This document shows, piece after piece, positions 46,313-51,173 of a stretch of 51,173 bases of DNA (its first letter is position 1; the number at the start of each line of letters is the position of its first letter). This DNA comes from Clostridia bacterium (GTDB lineage Bacteria > Bacillota > Clostridia > Oscillospirales > CAG-272), in assembly GCA_017623255.1 (NCBI GenBank), contig JAGAPL010000012.1, forward strand, positions 1 to 51,173. Reading direction: 5' to 3'. The translations under genes and the position numbers were made by a program. The notes beneath the pieces were generated by a model, which saw only the letters and a program-made list of their open reading frames with translations, searched no databases and was not told the DNA's origin.

Positions 46313-47509
46313 ATGAATAATACAATCAAAAAAGCAGCATTTCGCATAGTGTCCTTCACGGCAGCAATTGCTATCGTCGCCTCAACGTTTATTTTCTATC
46401 CTGATGAGTCACAGATTCATAGCTCTGCAGCGGACGCAACCGTTCAAAAGCTTGAAGACGATATAAAAGCTCTCGAAAAGACACAAAAGGAATTGCTTAA
46501 TAAAATCAACGCAAACAAAAATGAAGCAAGCCAGGTATCACAAACCAAGACTTACCTCGACAACCTCGTTTACACGCTTGAAGCAAAAATCTCCACAGCT
46601 TCAACTCTGATCTCTGAACTTGAACAAAAAATCAGCGAAACCAACGCCGATATCACAGTTCATGAAGAAGAAATCCAGAAAACAAACGAAAAATTCATTG
46701 ACAGAATGCGAATGGCTCACGAGGACGGCACCGCAAGCTACATTGAGATGCTCCTTGAAGCCGAAAGCATAAGCGATTTTCTCTCCAGAATGGAAAGAGT
46801 CAACGCTATGCTGGAATATGATAAAACTCTGAAGCAGAATTATCAGGCAGAAAAAGAAACTCTTGAAAAAGAAAAAGCAGACCTCAGCCTCTCAGTTCAG
46901 CTTCAGCAGGAAACTCTCACTCAGCTGGAAAAAGATAAAGCTGATGCAGAAAAGCAGTCTGCTCAGGCAGCGTCTTATTATAATACCCTGCAATCTGACA
47001 CAGCAGCATATCAGGCTCAGTATAATAAAGCAAAAGCAGAAGAAGATGCGCTGGACGCAGAGCTCACAAAATACCTGAAAAGCATTCAGGAGCAAAACTC
47101 TTCACAGGTTACGGCAGACGGTGAGTATATGTGGCCCCTCCCCGTCGGACAGGGATATATCTCCTGTACATACGGCGGCAAAGACCCCGGAGGAAGACCT
47201 CACTATGCGCTTGACATTGCAATAGCATACGGCACTCCTATCTATGCTGCAAACGATGGCACAGTGCTTACAGCTACATGGCACAGCAGCTACGGCTACT
47301 ATATAGTTATCGACCACGGTAACGGTATTTCAACACTTTATGCACACTGCAGCTCTCTCAAAGTCAGCGCAGGTCAGACCGTTAAAAAAGGCCAGACAAT
47401 CGGAGGAGTTGGCTCCACAGGATATTCCACAGGTAACCATCTCCATTTCGAAGTGAGAGTGGGCGGCGTCAGAACAAACCCCCTTAACTACGTTAAAAAA
47501 GGTGTCTGA
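46313..47509 (+). CDS. Coiled-coil + M23 peptidase (EnvC/CwlO-like FtsEX-associated murein hydrolase)
   Basis: Signal, long coiled coil, HYALD, YAHCS, STGNHLHFEV. Confidence 0.92.
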   Translation: MNNTIKKAAFRIVSFTAAIAIVASTFIFYPDESQIHSSAADATVQKLEDDIKALEKTQKELLNKINANKNEASQVSQTKTYLDNLVYTLEAKISTASTLISELEQKISETNADITVHEEEIQKTNEKFIDRMRMAHEDGTASYIEMLLEAESISDFLSRMERVNAMLEYDKTLKQNYQAEKETLEKEKADLSLSVQLQQETLTQLEKDKADAEKQSAQAASYYNTLQSDTAAYQAQYNKAKAEEDALDAELTKYLKSIQEQNSSQVTADGEYMWPLPVGQGYISCTYGGKDPGGRPHYALDIAIAYGTPIYAANDGTVLTATWHSSYGYYIVIDHGNGISTLYAHCSSLKVSAGQTVKKGQTIGGVGSTGYSTGNHLHFEVRVGGVRTNPLNYVKKGV

Positions 47510-47615
47510 GCGCTTTTTACCACAACTTTCTACAAATATTTAAGCTACAATGTTTTCAGTACGTCTGTTTACAGGCGTACTGAAAATTTCTACATTCAGA
47601 AAAGGTTTTCACTAT

Positions 47616-48917
47616 ATGAACGAATCCAATTTTCCCGCAGAAAACGCCGGCGGGAACGCAAATGAACCATATGTGCATAGGAGCCCCAGGATTTCTGCAA
47701 GTTCAACTTTTTTCCTCGTCCTTGTTTCTGTTATAATCACTATCCTGCTCACTTTCAGCGCAACTTTGTTGCTGGCCAAAGACCTTCTCGGTATTTCCGA
47801 AAAAACCACTCTCGGCAAAATAGTTAATAAGCTGATGGCAATCGAACAGGCTCTTGATGATGAATATGTCAAAGAGATAGACGAAAATGAGCTTATAGAT
47901 TCCGTCCTCAAGGGTTATATGTACGGCATCGGCGACATTTATGCCGATTATTACACCCAGGAAGAATACGCAAGCATTATGACCGACCTTTCCGGTAAAG
48001 GAGTTGGTATCGGTGTAAGCGTTATATATAATTCGGACTACGCCGCAATTGAGGTGGTGTCCGTTTTCCCAAATTCCCCTGCGTTTGAAGCAGGAGTTCA
48101 GGCAGGAGACCTCATAGCTTATCTCTATGTTGACGGAGAATCCGTCAGCGTTGCCGAAATGGGCTATGAAAAAGCTCTTGATAATATGCTGGGAGAAGCC
48201 GGCACAAGCGCAGAATTCACCGTGTTCCGCGGCGCAGGCTATGAAGAAATAGTTGAATTTTCAATCATCCGCGCTGAATATACGGAAGCAACCGTTATGA
48301 GCCATAAATATTCTCTTGACGAAACTGTCGGCATTATAAAAATAACATCTTTTGATAATAATACCCCAACCCAGTTCAACGAAGCATTAAATAGCTTGAC
48401 ATCTGAAGGAATTCGCGGTATCATACTCGATGTACGTTATAATCCCGGCGGAGAGCTGTATTCCGTTTGCCAGACTCTTGACATTCTCCTTCCCGAAGGA
48501 CCTGTTATAAGAACGGTTGATAAAAAAGGAAAAGAAGAAATCGTATACGTTTCCGATGAAAACGAAACTAATATTCCTATGGTGGTTCTCGTAAATGAAG
48601 GAACAGCCAGCGCAGGCGAGCTTTTCACTGCAGCACTTCGCGACTACGAAAAAGCTACTATCGTTGGAACAGTGACATACGGCAAAGGCAGTATGCAAAC
48701 AACATCCCCCTTTAAAGACGGAACAGGCTTTAAATTTACAACAAGATATTATTGTCCTCCCTTCTCTGATAACTACGACGGCGTTGGCATCGTGCCCGAT
48801 GTTGTGGTGGAATTGGCAGAAGAACTAGTGAACGTTAATATCTATAAAATTGAAGACAGCGAAGATAACCAGCTCGCCGCTGCCTATAAAGAACTTTTAA
48901 ATAACATCAGTAAATAA
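47616..48917 (+). CDS. S41 carboxy-terminal processing protease (PDZ)
   Basis: GVGIG PDZ motif, DVRYNPGG, TASAGE, TYGKGSMQ; start probably ATG 47616. Confidence 0.92.
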   Translation: MNESNFPAENAGGNANEPYVHRSPRISASSTFFLVLVSVIITILLTFSATLLLAKDLLGISEKTTLGKIVNKLMAIEQALDDEYVKEIDENELIDSVLKGYMYGIGDIYADYYTQEEYASIMTDLSGKGVGIGVSVIYNSDYAAIEVVSVFPNSPAFEAGVQAGDLIAYLYVDGESVSVAEMGYEKALDNMLGEAGTSAEFTVFRGAGYEEIVEFSIIRAEYTEATVMSHKYSLDETVGIIKITSFDNNTPTQFNEALNSLTSEGIRGIILDVRYNPGGELYSVCQTLDILLPEGPVIRTVDKKGKEEIVYVSDENETNIPMVVLVNEGTASAGELFTAALRDYEKATIVGTVTYGKGSMQTTSPFKDGTGFKFTTRYYCPPFSDNYDGVGIVPDVVVELAEELVNVNIYKIEDSEDNQLAAAYKELLNNISK

Positions 48918-48938
48918 TAACCGAAAGGATCTTATATA

Positions 48939-49430
48939 ATGGAAGAAACAAAATATACTCTTTATACGGCCGAAGGCTATCAGCAGCTTATTGATGAGCT
49001 TGCATATCTTAAAGAAGTTCGCGTTCCCGAAATCAAGGTTCAGCTTGCAGAAGCAAGAAGCCACGGTGACCTTTCCGAGAACAGTGAATACGATGAAGCA
49101 AGAGACGCTCAGGCTAAGTGCTACGCAAGAATCAGCGAAGTTGAAGACCTGATCGCACATGCTAAGATCATTGACGAATCCTCTCTCAGAGACGACGTTA
49201 TCAACATCGGCTCCAAGATCAAGGTTTACGACGAAACATTTGACGAAGAAGTTGAATATACAATGGTTGGTTCAAACGAAGTAAATGCGCTTCTCAACCT
49301 TATCACAGACCAGAGCCCCATGGGTCAGGCAATGCTTGGCGCAAAGGCAGGCGATACAGTTAAGTATACAGCTCCCTGCGGCGAAGTTACACTGAAGATT
49401 CTTGAAGTTTCAAGAGAAAAGAAAAACTAA
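48939..49430 (+). CDS. greA: Transcription elongation factor GreA
   Basis: ARSHGDLSENSEYDEAR, SPMGQAMLG. Confidence 0.96.
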   Translation: MEETKYTLYTAEGYQQLIDELAYLKEVRVPEIKVQLAEARSHGDLSENSEYDEARDAQAKCYARISEVEDLIAHAKIIDESSLRDDVINIGSKIKVYDETFDEEVEYTMVGSNEVNALLNLITDQSPMGQAMLGAKAGDTVKYTAPCGEVTLKILEVSREKKN

Positions 49431-49458
49431 TTTTAGACATTGATTTAAGGAAACACAA

Positions 49459-50967
49459 ATGAGCGATATTATTGAAAATGTTGAGCTGACCGCCGAAGAA
49501 GAGGCGCAGCAGCTCTCTGAAATTCTCCAGATCCGTCGCGACAAGCTCGCAGCTCTTGTTGATGCCGGACAGAACCCCTTTGAAAAGGTAAAGTTCGATT
49601 TTGACACATACACAAATGAAATTCACGAACGTTTTGAAGAGTTTGAAAACCAGACAGTTAAAATCGCAGGCCGTATGATGAGCCGTCGCGATATGGGTAA
49701 GGCTAACTTTATCGACGTTATGGACTCTAAGGGCAGAGTTCAGTGCTACATCCGTATCAACGACATCGGCGAAGAAACATTCGACGCTTATAAGAAGTGG
49801 GATATTGGCGACATCGTTGGCGTTACAGGATTTGTTTTCAGAACAAGACGCGGTGAAATCTCCGTTCACGTTCAGCAGATCGAGCTCCTTGCAAAGAGTC
49901 TTCTTCCCCTCCCTGAAAAGTTCCACGGCCTCAAGGACACTGACACTCGTTACCGTCAGCGTTACCTTGACCTTATCGTAAACCCCGAGGTTAAGGACAC
50001 ATTCGTGCGTCGTAGTCTTATTCTTAAGGAAATCAGAAACTTCCTCGATTCCAAGGGATTCCTCGAAGTTGATACTCCCATTCTCACAACACACGAGATT
50101 GGTGCCGCTGCAAGACCTTTCAAGACTCACCATAATACCCTTGACCTTGATATGTTCCTCCGCATCGAAACAGAGCTCTACCTTAAGAGACTTATCGTAG
50201 GTGGCTTTGACAGAGTATACGAGGTTGGCCGTATTTTCAGAAACGAAGGTATGGACACAAAGCATAACCCTGAGTTCACATCTATCGAACTTTATCAGGC
50301 TTACACAGACTATAAGGGTATGATGGATATCGTTTGCGAGATGTACCCCATGCTTGCAGAAAAGATCTGCGGAAGCACAAAGATCACATATCAGGGCGTT
50401 GAGCTTGACCTTGGCAACTGGGAAAGACTCACAATGGCTGAAGCTGTTAAGAAGTACAGCGGAGCTGACTACTACGCTTGGGCAGACGATGCTGCTGCAA
50501 GAGAAGAAGCTAAGAGACTTCACGTTGAAGTTCCCTCTGATGCAACTGCAGGTACAGTTCTTATCGAACTCTTTGACGCATATGTTGAAGATAAGCTTAT
50601 CCAGCCCACAATCATCTACGATTATCCTGTTGAAAACAGCCCTCTCGCTAAGAGAAAGCCTGAGGATCCCAGATTCACAGAAAGATTTGAATACTTCATC
50701 TGCTGCACAGAATACGGCAACGCATTCTCCGAGCTTAATGACCCCATCGACCAGAAGGGCAGATTTGAGGCTCAGGTTGCAGCAAAGCTTAAGGAAGACC
50801 CCAACTCCACAGCAAAAGTTGATGATGACTATATCACAGCTCTTGAATACGGTCTGCCCCCCACAGGCGGCCTTGGATTTGGTATCGACCGTCTCGTAAT
50901 GCTGCTCACAGACAGCGCTTCCATCAGAGACGTTCTTCTCTTCCCCACAATGAAACCTCTCGACTAA
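49459..50967 (+). CDS. lysS: Lysine--tRNA ligase (class II)
   Basis: RYRQRYLDL, GAAARPF, FRNEG, HNPEFT, YGLPPTGGLGFGIDRL. Confidence 0.98.
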   Translation: MSDIIENVELTAEEEAQQLSEILQIRRDKLAALVDAGQNPFEKVKFDFDTYTNEIHERFEEFENQTVKIAGRMMSRRDMGKANFIDVMDSKGRVQCYIRINDIGEETFDAYKKWDIGDIVGVTGFVFRTRRGEISVHVQQIELLAKSLLPLPEKFHGLKDTDTRYRQRYLDLIVNPEVKDTFVRRSLILKEIRNFLDSKGFLEVDTPILTTHEIGAAARPFKTHHNTLDLDMFLRIETELYLKRLIVGGFDRVYEVGRIFRNEGMDTKHNPEFTSIELYQAYTDYKGMMDIVCEMYPMLAEKICGSTKITYQGVELDLGNWERLTMAEAVKKYSGADYYAWADDAAAREEAKRLHVEVPSDATAGTVLIELFDAYVEDKLIQPTIIYDYPVENSPLAKRKPEDPRFTERFEYFICCTEYGNAFSELNDPIDQKGRFEAQVAAKLKEDPNSTAKVDDDYITALEYGLPPTGGLGFGIDRLVMLLTDSASIRDVLLFPTMKPLD

Positions 50968-51010
50968 AAAACCCAGTAAAATCAAGGGTTTTCGGCATCT
51001 CAAATCCGAG

Positions 51011-51031
51011 TTGACAACAAATTGACAACAA
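51011..51031 (+). repeat. Tandem direct repeat TTGACAACAA-a-TTGACAACAA (arm-site-like)
   Basis: Two exact 10-mers starting 44 bp after the lysS stop. Confidence 0.6.
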
Positions 51032-51110
51032 TATTTCATATTATTTTGAAGGATTGTAACGCAGTATGAATAGTTGACAGGACAAAACACAATATAGCAC
51101 TTGCTATTTT

Positions 51111-51156
51111 GAGAACACTTTTTTGAAAGAAATTTCAAGAGGTGTTCTCTTTTTTT
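51111..51156 (+). terminator. Rho-independent terminator
   Basis: GAGAACACTTTTTTGAAA-GAAA-TTTCAAGAGGTGTTCTC followed by a T7 tract. Confidence 0.75.
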
Positions 51157-51173
51157 CGTTGGGTTTGCTTTTG

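Noticed and set aside
49387-51138. 583-aa minus-strand ORF
   Set aside because: Antisense shadow of lysS; no recognisable motifs.

Overview
Low-GC Firmicute DNA, probably Clostridia (Oscillospirales/Ruminococcaceae-like; inferred from gene content and sigma-A promoters). The left 32 kb (1-32096) is one co-oriented minus-strand accessory locus that runs off the left edge. In transcription order it encodes: a 3400-aa secreted protein with a C-terminal dockerin; a membrane-anchored protein with a putative cohesin and FIVAR-like repeats; a HD-GYP+EAL fusion in which both domains are degenerate; at least seven secreted proteins with SipW-type (TasA/CalY-like) signal peptides plus one membrane-anchored paralogue; two SipW signal peptidases; and a membrane-anchored McrB-family AAA+ NTPase next to a DUF2357 (McrC-like) partner that appears to lack its nuclease. 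Together this looks like an undescribed multi-subunit SipW/TasA-type fibre or pilus system that may have co-opted a restriction-derived motor. The right 19 kb is mostly housekeeping: MATE, DUF4349 lipoprotein, mtlD, family-4 UDG, a wall-anchored CBM9-like protein, a CD1247-family gene with an in-frame TGA at a Cys position, efp, Xaa-Pro peptidase, yqeG, rsmE, a CdaR-type regulator, ftsEX, M23 and S41 peptidases, greA and lysS. Att-like repeats follow lysS. All family assignments come from motif recognition by eye; no database searches were run.
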